A stretch of DNA of 63,921 nt, filler included, from Atractiella rhizophila (lineage: Eukaryota): the NCBI GenBank assembly GCA_021432655.1. It is 5 parts of 5 records of this genome, joined end to end, with 100 filler letters (N's around TTAATTAATTAA, not from the genome) between each part and the next. Parts side by side here need not be neighbours in the genome. Positions count along the whole stretch, not along the records: positions 18,497 to 36,647 come from MU271861.1; positions 36,748 to 54,851 come from MU271862.1; 3 more parts are not named here. One strand, written 5' to 3'. The notes under the pieces are model-generated. The model was given only the letters and a program-made list of their open reading frames with translations, was not told where the DNA came from and did no database searches. Below are positions 25,741 through 37,459 of the stretch, piece after piece (position 1 is the first letter of the stretch; each line of letters opens with the position of its first letter). Both the position numbers and the translations under genes were made by a program.

Positions 25741-27247
25741 ATGATTCTTGCGACCGTCTTGTTCCAGTCTCTCCTCTTCGCGACCTCGTTCGCTGCCCCT
25801 AGCAACAGCGGAGGAGGCTCTGGGTCTTCCGGTTCTTCTTCGAAGACATATACCATCTTTGCGGGCACGTACAACGGCGAGCTCTTGACGTTCACGTATG
25901 ACTACGGCGCCAACACCATCAAGCTCGTAAACAACCAGACCTTGGGTGCACCGTTCAACAACCCCAATCCTTCCTGGCTCGAACCCTTCCGCGTTCCCGG
26001 CCAAACCTCCAAGCACAGGTGGTTGGTCACGGATGAGAGCGATGTCGGCAATATTCAAGTTGTCGAACGTCACGGCAACAGCGTGAAACTCATTGGTACT
26101 ACTCCTTCAGGAGGTAAGCTGGTAATTTCACGCAGATGAAGTGGCCCACATTAACTCTACGAACCGAATAGGGGTTTGGCCCGCCCATTGCGGATCGACT
26201 ACTGATGGCAAATGGGTCATCGCGGCTAACTATGGAGGTGAATCCAATTTTGGCAGCATGGGCAATGTTGATCAACTGGAGCAGATGGAACTGTCCTTCC
26301 CATCCCTCTCAATCCGGACGGCTCCTTCGCCAAAGCCTCTGTGAAACAACCCATCCTCAACTACAACACGTCGAAGACCGCCCCCAGCCATCCTCACCAG
26401 GCTGTGAACACACCCACTGGAACCATCCTCATCAACGATCTTGGATGTACGGCTCTCTTTCTTCTCCTGAAACGTTCCGATAATGAATTGGTTTGCAGTG
26501 GATCAGATTCATGAAATTGCTCTGAACAAGAAATCGGGAGTTTGGGAGACGATTGGTAAAACAGACGTTACACCCACTGGTTCCGGTCCCAGGCACTCTG
26601 TCTTCTCAAGCGACGGTATATCCAATTACTCTGGGTGGTTGTATAGTGCTGATCAACTGTATTTTCGGATAGGATCTGTCTACTACCTGCTAAGCGAACT
26701 GCAGAAGACTCTTCAGATCTTCAAGGTCTCAAAGACGACCCCGCTCAAGCTTACCCACGTTTCCACCACGTCCATGCTTCCCCCTGGTGCCGTGCCCATC
26801 AACGGTACAGTCCTTGCGGCCGCAGAAATCCAGCTTTCCAAGGACGGCAAGTTCTTGTACACGAGCAACAGGTGCCTATCTTTCATGACCGGTAGTGACA
26901 AGGGTTGCTGACACGGGATGGTAGGAACCAAGACTACAAGCAGGGAGATGCCATCACGATCTTCAAGCTCACCTCGCCGACCACGGTTTCCGAGCCTGTC
27001 TATGTGCGAAGTGAAGGACAGCATCTGAGAGGAATCAAGTTGTCCGACGACAACGCCATCCTCCTCGCTGGCAATATGCTTTCGTGGAGCGTTTCCGTAT
27101 TCAAGCGTGACGCTAACACTGGAGGCCTCACCCTCGCGACCATCATTGACCTTCCCGAAGGCACCCAGGTCAGTTTGCTTTCCTTTTCTTTCTCGGCACA
27201 AAGGTCTGATGTTGTTCAAGGTCACGAGTTTCCTCATCGATCCTTAA
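25741..27247 (+). CDS. Secreted lactonase-family 7-bladed beta-propeller (6-phosphogluconolactonase / carboxy-muconate cyclase-like), paralog A
   Basis: Signal peptide; TIFAGTY, PSWL, AANYG, HPHQ, DLG, GSGPRH, AAEIQLSKDGKFLYTSNR; last exon VTSFLIDP*. Confidence 0.85.
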
Positions 27248-27556
27248 ATGTGAGCGTTGCGAGGAGCGAGGTCACTTGGAAGTGGTACTGTACTGACAAA
27301 ATATGTACCCGCTGCAATCTTATTGTCTCGATAATCAGATTGATTTGGTCGAGGAAATGCTATCGTCACGGAGCACCCTTATCTTACAGCAATGGACCCT
27401 TTCCGCTTTGTCGAATGTCACGCTGTCCATCGAGATCGTTCAACTGTCCTTGGTACAATCCCAACTTTGGTTTGGAGGGACGAGTGCAAGATATATGGGA
27501 GAACATTAATGATACGCTGTGATTGCACGGTGCCTACATATCCTACATGACTTCGT

Positions 27557-28985
27557 TCACTGCTGCCACCAGAATCCGGTGACGCTGATTCCAGGGACAG
27601 GAAGGGTATCGACCAGAGTGAGGCCACCAGTCCTAGTATCCCGTCTGAAAGCAACGACGGACTGAGGAGCGTAAGGGCTTTGGATCATGTTTCCAGCGAT
27701 GAGGTAGCAGTCGGTGCTGTCGAACTGCATGCCCCTCACGTGTTGTCCACCCGTGCGAACAAAGGTGGGAGCGGAGACGGTGGTGGGAGAGGTGAGCTCG
27801 AAGATGGCGATGGCATCACCGAGCGTCGTGTTTTGGTTCTGTCCCATCAATTCCTTAATCATCTTGTTTTCCCTTCATGCGAATGGAGCAACGTACCCTG
27901 TTGCTGATGTAGATGTGGTTGCCGACCCTGAGGAGCTCACCGGCTCCAAGGATGAATCCAGAGTAAGGAACGGCACCAGGAGGGAGGATAGAGGTAGACG
28001 AAACGTGGGTCAGAGCGGTGGGCTTGACGGATTCGTCGACAGTGAAGATCTGGAGCTCGTTCGCCTCCTCAGTGACGAGGTAGTAAACCTTGCCTAGAAG
28101 GTGATGCTCAGACTGCGTTTAGGAGGAAGCTACAAAGCAAGCACGCACCGTCGTCTGAGAGAGCTCCGTGTCTAGGACCGCTACCTGTGGGACTGACTTG
28201 GGTGTTCCCAATGACTTCCCAGACACCAGCATCGTTCAAGGCAATCTCGTGGATCAAGTCAACTATTCGACCCGGTCCTCAGCGATCAAACTTGGAAGAG
28301 AAAGATGTGTGCTCACGGCCCAAATCATTGATGAGGACTGAACCTCCGGGAAGCTCGACGGTTTGGTGAGGATGGGACGCCGTGGCACCAGTGAAAGTGA
28401 TGAGAGGCTGCGAGGAGGAGGCAAAGGTGCCATCTTCCTTGAGAGGGATAGGAAGGACGGTTCCGTCTCCGTACTACTCCGACAATTTAGACATGGATGC
28501 GATAGCACAACCAAGGTAGTGTGAGCACCTACATTGGCAGCAATGGCCCAGTCTCCGTCAGAGGTGGCACCAACCCAAGCAGGCCCATTTCCTGCTCACT
28601 TTGTCAGCCACCAATCACATACGCATGGATAACAGGACTCGCCTCCGGACGAGGTCGACGCGACAAGTGCGACGGACTTGTTGCTTTCAGCAGCCACCAG
28701 TTGAATCTGGCCCACAGCACTCTCGTCTGTGACCAGGAACTTGGTGGCTGATCCGGTCCTCTCAAGCCAGGAAGGCGAGGGATTGTTGAACGGCGCCGTG
28801 GTGCTGGTGTTTCCAGCGAGGGCGAGTTTTTCGGTGTTGGTGTCGAAGGTGAAAGCCAACAGCTGCTGGTTATAAGTACCAGCGAAGATGGTGTGAGAGC
28901 CCCTCCTCGGGACAGGCTTGAGCCTGCCGAAGGCAAGGGAGGTGGCGAAAACGAGAGTGTTGAGGATGACGCTGGAGCCGACCAT
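27557..28985 (-). CDS. Secreted lactonase-family beta-propeller, paralog B
   Basis: Signal peptide; TIFAGTYN, APFNNPSPSWLE, LVTDES, HPHQ, GSGPRH, GQHVRG. Confidence 0.85.
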
Positions 28986-29960
28986 TTCGTCGTTCTTCTG
29001 AGGGCAGAGGCTACGCTGGAAGAGGGACTATTTTAGCACCAAACCACCTTAAAGTCCTTATAAGGCGGGCAGTGAGACAAGGACATCTCCACGCATCCAC
29101 TGTCACAGCGCTTGTCCTCCGGTCGCACTAAAGGGAGCAACAAGAGGCGCGACATGACATGGACACGGTCCTCGTGGTTTGTTGATTGTAAAGTGGGGGC
29201 GGCGGAGTCCGCTTCTGCACATGAAACATATTCCTTTTCCTCCCGCTTTTCAACACTTTGGGGTTGCCTTGTGAGCTTAAGAGCAATTTCAGGGCTACTT
29301 TCAAGGACAAGGGTGTTTACACGTATTGGTGAGGTACTAGTTGTCGATTGCAATTTGTGAGATTCTTCATCCTGGATGGTACGTGTGCAGGTTCAGCCTG
29401 GCAACTACGAGACGCTGTTCTTTCTTTCTCGACCTTCAATCCTTCGATCTACCCTCCTAGACCTCAGACCAGACTGTAGGTGGAGAGATGTTTAAGGAGT
29501 ACAGATCGCAATACTTATCGTGTGGATCACTCCCCACAAATGCTTCTCCTCCCCATCCCGCCCCATCCACAGAAGGGTTCCACACACCAAGATTAGTTAC
29601 TTGCGCATGGTCTTTCCGAGCACGAGAGCAATTTGGAATAGCGATACTTGTCATCCTATCTTTGTTTCAGTGACCCCCAGTTCACTCATGTTCGCATTGC
29701 TTGGCTCTGAACGATCATAACGCAGTCAGCAACATAGTCAACACATAGTTGCACACTTCAATACAAGACAGAAAGTGGGTGGTATTATTCCAGGTATTAT
29801 TCGGGGGTATCATGCCTGCGATACAATCACAGAATACAATCACAGAATTGCGAAACAATTTGGACATCAAACTAGTAAAATCGAGACCCAGAAGTATTCA
29901 CAGAGAGAAGTCGGCTCCTCTTCAGGCTCCTCCATCGTGTATCATGTTGGTTCATGTGTA

Positions 29961-30502
29961 TTAATGGCCAAGCTTGCTGGCAGCATGTCTCATCGATTTA
30001 GCTTCAGTCAGCTTAGCTCTACACATCACACAACCATCAGTTACTGCAATTGATGAAAAGGAAGATAGCATGAAACGTACTTCGCAAGCTTGGCTTCCCT
30101 CCTCGCTTCATCCTCCAACTTCTCGACATGCTGTTTAGCTTCCCTCCTACAAACAGAAAGGAAACTTCAACATCCTATTGCATGCAAACCTCGAATAAGG
30201 AAATGAACGCACAAGGAAGCTTTAGCCTTCTGCAAAGCCATCTCAGCCTCTTTCTCATGGTTGATGGCCCGATTTAGTCCCTCTCTAGCATTCGTGAGCG
30301 TGTCGCTGGTGATAGGCTTGGGGCCGCCGAAAGTCCTGTCGTGCCTCCTCAAATTATCAGAGTGCTCGCTCGTGTGTGTGGAATTGCTTCGACGGCTGAA
30401 GAGCGAAGACGAGGAATGCGAGGTCGTCGTGCTCGTCCTTCCAGCGGCTGGAGGGGGAGATTGGCTGCGTTGAGCTTGGGAGCTGGAGCGGAAGAGACCC
30501 AT
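29961..30502 (-). CDS. Small Ser-rich / coiled-coil hypothetical protein, three exons
   Basis: MGLFRSS...AREGLNRAINHEKEAEMALQKAKAS|REAKQHVEKLEDEARREAKLAK|AKLTEAKSMRHAASKLGH*; canonical splice sites; TATAAAA upstream at 30613-30619. Confidence 0.7.
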
Positions 30503-30746
30503 TTCGTCGTTACTGTAGATCGTTATCGACTCTTGATAATTGTAGCGCTAAAGCTGGAGGTATCGAAGATTATCTCTTGGCAATTTCGAAGGCAACAACA
30601 GCAGTTCTTTCCTTTTATACCAGAGCAAGACATTCTATCAGCTACGTCATTCTTGCGAAGGGAGCAATTAAACAAATGAGATCTACGTCACTTGTGTGAG
30701 CAAACATCCGGTCGGAAAGACAACACCTTCTCTCCTTACAGAAACT

Positions 30747-32768
30747 TTATCGAAACCTTATCGACTCCGCATCAAAACGACCATCCTCTGCAACCCCCAT
30801 CAACATTTCTGCTCTCTCACTCTTGATATCGCCTGATTGCTTTATCTTCAGGAGTGAGATACTATACTGTCTTTCCTTCGCATCCGCTGTATTTTTACAT
30901 ATCGTGGTTCGTCGTCTAACGACGAACATGAACGATATAGAGAAGTTCCGAAGCCGAGGGTTAAGACGAACTGGCGGCCAGAGGTTTCTGATTTCTTGTG
31001 CCAGGCAGGCAAGAAGACTATTAATCACTTAAGACGATTGTCCACTTGCTAAACTTCCCGCATCCGTGGAAAAAAGTGTATGTGGTTGGAGGAGACCCGA
31101 GAGTGGAAGGTTGCAGAGAAGAAGGTGGTGTCAGGGCTGTAGGAGAGTCAGAATCCCTCGACGCACTAGGAGTGGAGTCGGGAGACCCACATGTAGAGAT
31201 GTTTATTTCTTCTTCTTTTCCTCTTCCTTAGGGAAGAAGGAGGAGGCCGGCTGCTCCACCTCGACAATCCATCGTCCTCAGCCAGCGGCTCAAACCCCAG
31301 CCTCCTTTCTCTCCAGCCTCACTCTTAACCCTTACTTCTTGTAAAATGCCAGCCTCGTTTCCTAAGCACGCTCGGAGATCGAGGTCTACTTTCCCTTCTA
31401 GAGCTTCTTCGCCGATATCGGCAAGCTACTGGGTACCCAGACTCGACCGATCTCATCAAACCTCCGTGGCTGACGCACGCTATCTCGAAGAATAGTAGGT
31501 AAACTGACTATCAAACGGATTAGTTCAAGATACTCATGTTCTTCTTTCTTGCTAATGTCGAAGTTGGATTCCCGATGTTCGTTTTTAGGTTTTTTAAGAA
31601 CGAGCCGTTCTGCTTCCTCTGCTTCTTGGTAATTGCTGCTAATAATTGCACACGAAGCTCTTTTCTCTTTGCTTACTGTCTAATCCTTGTTACGGATGAT
31701 TCTTATTCACCGACCCTTCTCTTTTCTGACTGTTTCTAATGCTTCATGACTAATACGTGTAAAAACCCCAAAGCCCTTATTAGTAGTTGGTGAAAAAAAG
31801 GGTTGACTTAAGGAATTTTTTCTTCCATGATGAGTTTACTCTTGGACGTGGAGAACAAGTGTGTGAGTCGGAGGAGAAGGCCTCAAAGGAGGGAGAAGGA
31901 GGAAACTCGAACTCATTTTCTGTGGTACTCCCCGCCTCCTCTTAAAACCGAGGTAGCGCGCTAACCTCTGAGAAGATTATTACGGAACTCAGAGACATTG
32001 TAAGAGTTTCTCTTCTCTCTTCGCCTGGTCGGAAGTTCAGAAGATGAAGGTAGACCATTAGGTAGCCGAGTTATCAGCCTGAACCTCGACCTGAGAGGTT
32101 CGTCCGTCAGCACTCACCCCAGTGCTCTACTGCCTCTCCGACGCCGCGAAGTTCCACGAAGGATTTCAGCAGATAGGGTACCTTTCTCTATCGACAGCGA
32201 GAGCTAGACGGAGAGCGGATCTTTCTATCTTGTCCATAACTAGTCACGTAACTGAAAGTCTCTCTTTGCAACCTGCCTGCCAGGCTCTAAGGTGAACACC
32301 TTGTGACCGTTATGAAACAGGGCGGTGGTGTAAGAAACGGCAGTTGTCTCGTTAGGTGAGGAGAACACAACAACTTCCCTTTGGCTGATAGTGAACTCTC
32401 GCGACTACCACCTGGCACCTCTATAACACTAGTTACCAGCTTTCACCCACTTCGTAACTTCTCTGGGGCGGTAAACTACCTAACCCCATTCTGTCAAGGT
32501 ATGAAGAAAACCTTTGCATTCCGCTTCCTATCTTACTTGACGCTACCTTCACATCTATCCGCGATTTTAGGAGTAGTCTTCTTACTAAGTCTGGGACGAA
32601 AGTTTCCAACTGAGTGTCGCGAGTGAATTATCTATCCTTCCTCTATACTAGCTCTCTTTACAGCTCTTTAATATCTTATAACATCGGTCACAAGTTACTT
32701 CAACCATACTTCTCCTCTTCGTCTAATCGATAAAGTTGGTCAGTCTTAGACCTGTACTAACTATGAAT
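30747..32768 (-). pseudogene. Degenerate coding-like remnant (repeat or transposon relic?)
   Basis: Minus-strand frames read as plausible protein but are interrupted by frequent TAG/TAA/TGA; the tract is visibly TpA-rich; no family recognised. Confidence 0.4.
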
Positions 32769-33024
32769 NNNNNNNNNNNNNNNNNNNNNNNNNNNNNNNN
32801 NNNNNNNNNNNNNNNNNNNNNNNNNNNNNNNNNNNNNNNNNNNNNNNNNNNNNNNNNNNNNNNNNNNNNNNNNNNNNNNNNNNNNNNNNNNNNNNNNNNN
32901 NNNNNNNNNNNNNNNNNNNNNNNNNNNNNNNNNNNNNNNNNNNNNNNNNNNNNNNNNNNNNNNNNNNNNNNNNNNNNNNNNNNNNNNNNNNNNNNNNNNN
33001 NNNNNNNNNNNNNNNNNNNNNNNN

Positions 33025-34069
33025 GTGAGAAGGAACGGCATACCCGCTTCCCAATCTTTCGAATTGAGATATACACTCCAGCGATGCCAACGACACCGAG
33101 AAGCGCAACCATGACAGCGCTCAAACGCTGAGCATTCGTCACATCCGGAAGGAGATCTCCCTCTTCAATACCTTCTCCTCCCTCAGTTGGAGGAGGCAAC
33201 TCTACTTGGACATCCGAAGAAAACAGAGAAGTTGGCTTCGCAATCAAGAGAACCTGTATAGATAATTTGGTATGCTTTTAACAAGTTGAAGGAATGCTCA
33301 CGCCAAATATTGATAAAAGACCAGCCCAAATAGCAGTCTTTGCGAATGGTTCACCAAGGAGGAAAGGGGAGACCACGGCTGAGGATCGAGAATTAAGATA
33401 GCATATTAAAGGTAGCGAGGGTACCAACCCGTCAACACGGGTGTGAGGAAGGTAATTGCCGTAGCGTCACTCAACGAGAGGTATCTGACGGAATAATACG
33501 TTCCGAACAAACCAAAAAATCCAAAGAAGCCTCGAAGGCAGAGGAGGAGGCGGATGCCTTTGGGGCCCAGAATCGGATCAGGGATTGCTCTGTATCTCAT
33601 GTAGGTGTAGGTAAAAGCGAGCGTTATCGTCATTCGCAACAAGATGAGCTCCCAGGCGGGCATGCCATAGATGGCGAAGTATTTAGCGGTCGCGTTCATG
33701 CCTGCATTAAAGACTGTAGGAATATCAGCATTTTTTGGACCGTATACATATTCAGATTAGTGTCTTAGGTTCTATAGGACATATAAATTGTGCTTTGCGC
33801 AAGCTGCCTGCTCTCCTATGGGATATTAAGGGAGGCGTACCTTGAGCCAAACAGATGAGGAGGATGCCCTGAGCATCTTTAAAGCCTTCTTTAAACCTCC
33901 TCCACCAATAATTCACCCAAACAAACGCAGGGGAATCATGATCTTCTTCGTCCGTCCAAGCTCGCTCATCGTTCGTTCGCTCTTCCCTTGATATAAGTTC
34001 TGCTACTGTTTGAGGAGAGGTTGCGCTGATCGACGACTGGAAACGATGCCCTTTTCGTGTTCCCTTCAT
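33025..34069 (-). CDS. EamA / drug-metabolite transporter family protein, 3' end missing
   Basis: ELILLRMTIT, PDPILGPKGIRLLLCLRGFFGFFGLFGTYYSVRYLSLSDATAITFLTPVLT, LLIAKPTSLF; runs into the N gap. Confidence 0.85.
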
Positions 34070-35053
34070 GCTTCCTGCAGAATCAAGCCAGTGCTCAGAG
34101 CTTGACGCGGGTATCAAGTCGCTTCGTTTGAGGGAACGAATGTCTTGTGACTTCAAATTTTGTTGGGAAATGCGATCAGGGCAAACATGTTACATCATCT
34201 TATCAGAGCTGGTCCAACAAACGACGATGTACTCCCATTCACAACGACCACGGGCCTCACACGAGACTGCCCTTCTACACCCCTCACATCCCATGAAACG
34301 ACTTCCGACCACAAATTTCGCACCCCATCCCGCATTTGCACACTTTCCCTACTTCAACCAAGTCCGTTCATCAATCAGTGTCTCCGAAGCAAAGCGGGTA
34401 GCGGAGGACGTGAGGAAGAAGCATCCTGCATGGTTTGGATATGAAGAGCGGAAGCCGAAGTTATGAGTTATCTCGCATGGCTTGTTGGAGGTGCGCTTTC
34501 TGTTTATCACCAGGTTAAGAGTAAAGTGGAGCTAGAAACCACTGCCAGCGACGAGGGGTATTGACTGTATATAATCTGTATGTCTGTAGAGCTGTTGTAT
34601 TGTCATCCTGGTGCCATTCTTCATCTTCGTAAGGTTCTGACCGCCATACTTTCACTCTCGAGGATGAAGTTACAACCGGCCTTACCCATCTGCAGGTGTA
34701 CTATTCTCTTCAGTGACAACAGTTTCCGAACTCAACTGACGATTTTGTCTAACCGAGTAAGCTATCCTGGGATGAAGTTGAAGTTTCCTCGACTGCCAGT
34801 GCTCCAACCGCATCCAAAACATGGAGCAGAACCGTAAAGTGCTACAGTAAGAAGCCAGATACTCTCAAACACTCAAACACCCGCGGTGGGTGAGGATGAT
34901 CCATCATTCTGAATTACTTCTCTCTGCCTTCATATGATTGCAAAAGCCAGCCGGAGTAATAGGCGACTTCATGCGGGACGTACACCAACATTGGTTCGCG
35001 ACGTCCTTCTCTCATCATTTTTATTCTTGACCAAGCGTGAACGTTTGAAGGAG

Positions 35054-35613
35054 ATGGAGGGAGCGGTGACTGGAAACAAGACCATTTACGTGGGTGCGCT
35101 GTTCTTTCAGGAGAGTCGTGGATGTGGGTTGAGCCAGTTCTCGCAGGTGGACTACCTCCCGAAACAAACGAAGAAGTGCTCTACAACACTTTTCTGACCT
35201 TTGGAGATGTTCTCGAGGTGCAACTGCCACCAGATCCCACACACAGTACTCCTTCCTTCCTATTTCCTCTCCCTCTTTGATCGTTGATCTAATCATCAAA
35301 ATGCTCAACGACAGATGAGACACATCGAGGATTCGGATTCGTCACCTTCTCCCTCCCCATCTCCGCTCATCGAGCAATCGACAACATGCACCTGAACACC
35401 TTCACCTTCGTCTCCGGCAAACAAACCATCGAAACTCGTCCGCTTAAAGTCAATCTCGCCAAACCCACAAAGGGCATCCTTACCGCTGGAAGCAATAGGC
35501 CTGTGTGGGAAGATGAGGAGTGGTTGAAGGAGCATGTGGTCGGAAAGGATGCAGAGGATGGCGCAACGGCCACAGCGGATGGAGGAGATGAAATGCAGAT
35601 TGACAAGTCGTGA
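35054..35613 (+). CDS. RRM protein of the cyclophilin E (PPIE/Cyp33) RRM type, no PPIase domain
   Basis: RNP2 TIYVGGL, FLTFGDVLEVQLP, RNP1 HRGFGFVTF, AIDNMHLN, LKVNLAKP, NRPVWEDEEWLK. Confidence 0.8.
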
Positions 35614-36131
35614 GTTGGTTTTTTGTTTTGTGGCGATGGGGTTGTGGGAACGATTGTGTAATAATAAGAGCCTTGCTGCTCGTTTTGCGAGGATTTCTCC
35701 TTTCTACCGTCACTGAGGATGGCAAAGCCATACTAGAGATTGACATGCCGTCTCTAGATAATTTAATCTTTGAGCAGAATCCGTTTCCTTTCAGCTTAAT
35801 TGGGTTTTTTAAAGACTGGGGCTTCGTCTCCCAACTTTGAGGTGACCTTGAGTATGCATTACTGGAGCCGCAACCATATTTCCTTGACGGTTTATTGGTG
35901 GGTTTTATACCGCTGACAGTAAAGTGAAAGACGTGCTAAGCAATAATAGCGACCTGAGGATGAGGATCGGGGAAGAAGTTGAGTTTCTTCTGCGCCGCGC
36001 CCAGTGAATAGTCGTCTTGTTCAAATTAGATTCTCCCACATGCAAAAAATGAAAAGCCTTCAAAGTCTTCATGAATTCATGCCGCTGCGAGATTGGTGAA
36101 AATGCTAGTATACAAGGCGGCCAACTAATGC

Positions 36132-36647
36132 TTAAAATGATTCGTAAGATGTTTGGCCTTCCTCAGGAGAGGGGAAGAACCAGAAAGAAAGGGCGATAAC
36201 GCCGTAGGCAGTCATCAAGCAAAGTCCTTCGAGCCAATTCGTCCTACCATCCTGAATGGCGAAGTTGACGAGCAATATGGAGATCAACAACACGGCTGTT
36301 TCATAAATATCAAAGTGGAAGGTCAACTGTCGAAGTACATGTCAGTTGTGAGAATCAGACATGTAGAAGGACGCACAGGCTGGCCAATCGCCCAGGCAAT
36401 CAGAACCAACAATGGAAGAACAAATAGCGCAATCTGGTTAAAATAGCAATGTGAGGAGAAGTTGCGGGTAGTGGGAAAGGGAGCGAACCTGTATTGAACT
36501 TCCGATTGCGACAGAAAGACTCAGGTCCAATTTGTTTTTCACGCTGACACTGTGGGGTCCACATTAGAATATAGTGAGACCTGAGAACAAGGGACTCACG
36601 TCACAGCTGTCAAGTGTTCAGCCGCATTGCCGACGAGGGGGAGGAGA
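36132..36647 (-). CDS. VCX1: Vacuolar Ca2+/H+ exchanger, C-terminal part only
   Basis: LLPLVGNAAEHLTAV, KNKLDLSLSVAIGSSIQIALF, QDGRTNWLEG. Confidence 0.85.
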
Positions 36648-36747
36648 NNNNNNNNNNNNNNNNNNNNNNNNNNNNNNNNNNNNNNNNNNNNTTAATTAAT
36701 TAANNNNNNNNNNNNNNNNNNNNNNNNNNNNNNNNNNNNNNNNNNNN
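36648..36747. other. Assembly spacer with TTAATTAATTAA
   Basis: Same 100-bp linker. Confidence 0.95.
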
Positions 36748-37459
36748 CTCAAGAATGCTTGCTTGGCGGCACGGGCGGTTTCCATCTCGTGGCTTCCGAT
36801 AAATACTTTGAACTCTTAAACCTCAAGTTCAGGAATGTTCACGCACCCTAGGGAAGAAGCTTCTCTAAGAGGGAGGAATCGAGTCTGATATTTATTGTCT
36901 GATTCTGATCGAGTTTGCAGCATTACAATGACTCACCATGACCCAAACCGCAAAGTAGCAAAGCATCATGCAAAACAAATGCAAAGTTAGAGCAATGTAG
37001 ACCAGCCAAAACGTTATTTCGGAGCAATCTGGCTCACCATCCTCACCGCGATGCGCTGCGATAGGAAGAGACACATTACGCAGAGGTGTGGGAGGGTGAG
37101 GTTGGAAGCTAATCACGAAGGTGGTTGGATCGGCACGTACGTTATTCTTACTCGTAACTCGTATGAAACAGTCAGATCCTAGTCAGATCATTCTCTTTGT
37201 GCTGCTTTCTTGCTTGGGGCCATTTCACTTCCTCTTATCCCGTTTGTAGATTGCCAGATTGGAACGACGTTCCTCGTTGTGTCGATCTATTTGGTGTTCC
37301 CGCGATTCCTTTCTGGGTTTCCAGTCATGCAAATGCGCACCACTTGGTAACCTTCCAAGCACTTTTGTATTACTCCAAGGTATACTAGGAAGATTGTCTA
37401 ACCTTTTCTTTCCCACCCTTAAGAATAGAATGGCACAACGAATTGATAAGAACCAATAT

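Noticed and set aside
36892..37416. Short minus-strand ORFs downstream of the F-box gene
   Set aside because: Could be a small membrane-protein gene, but no motif or reliable splice model
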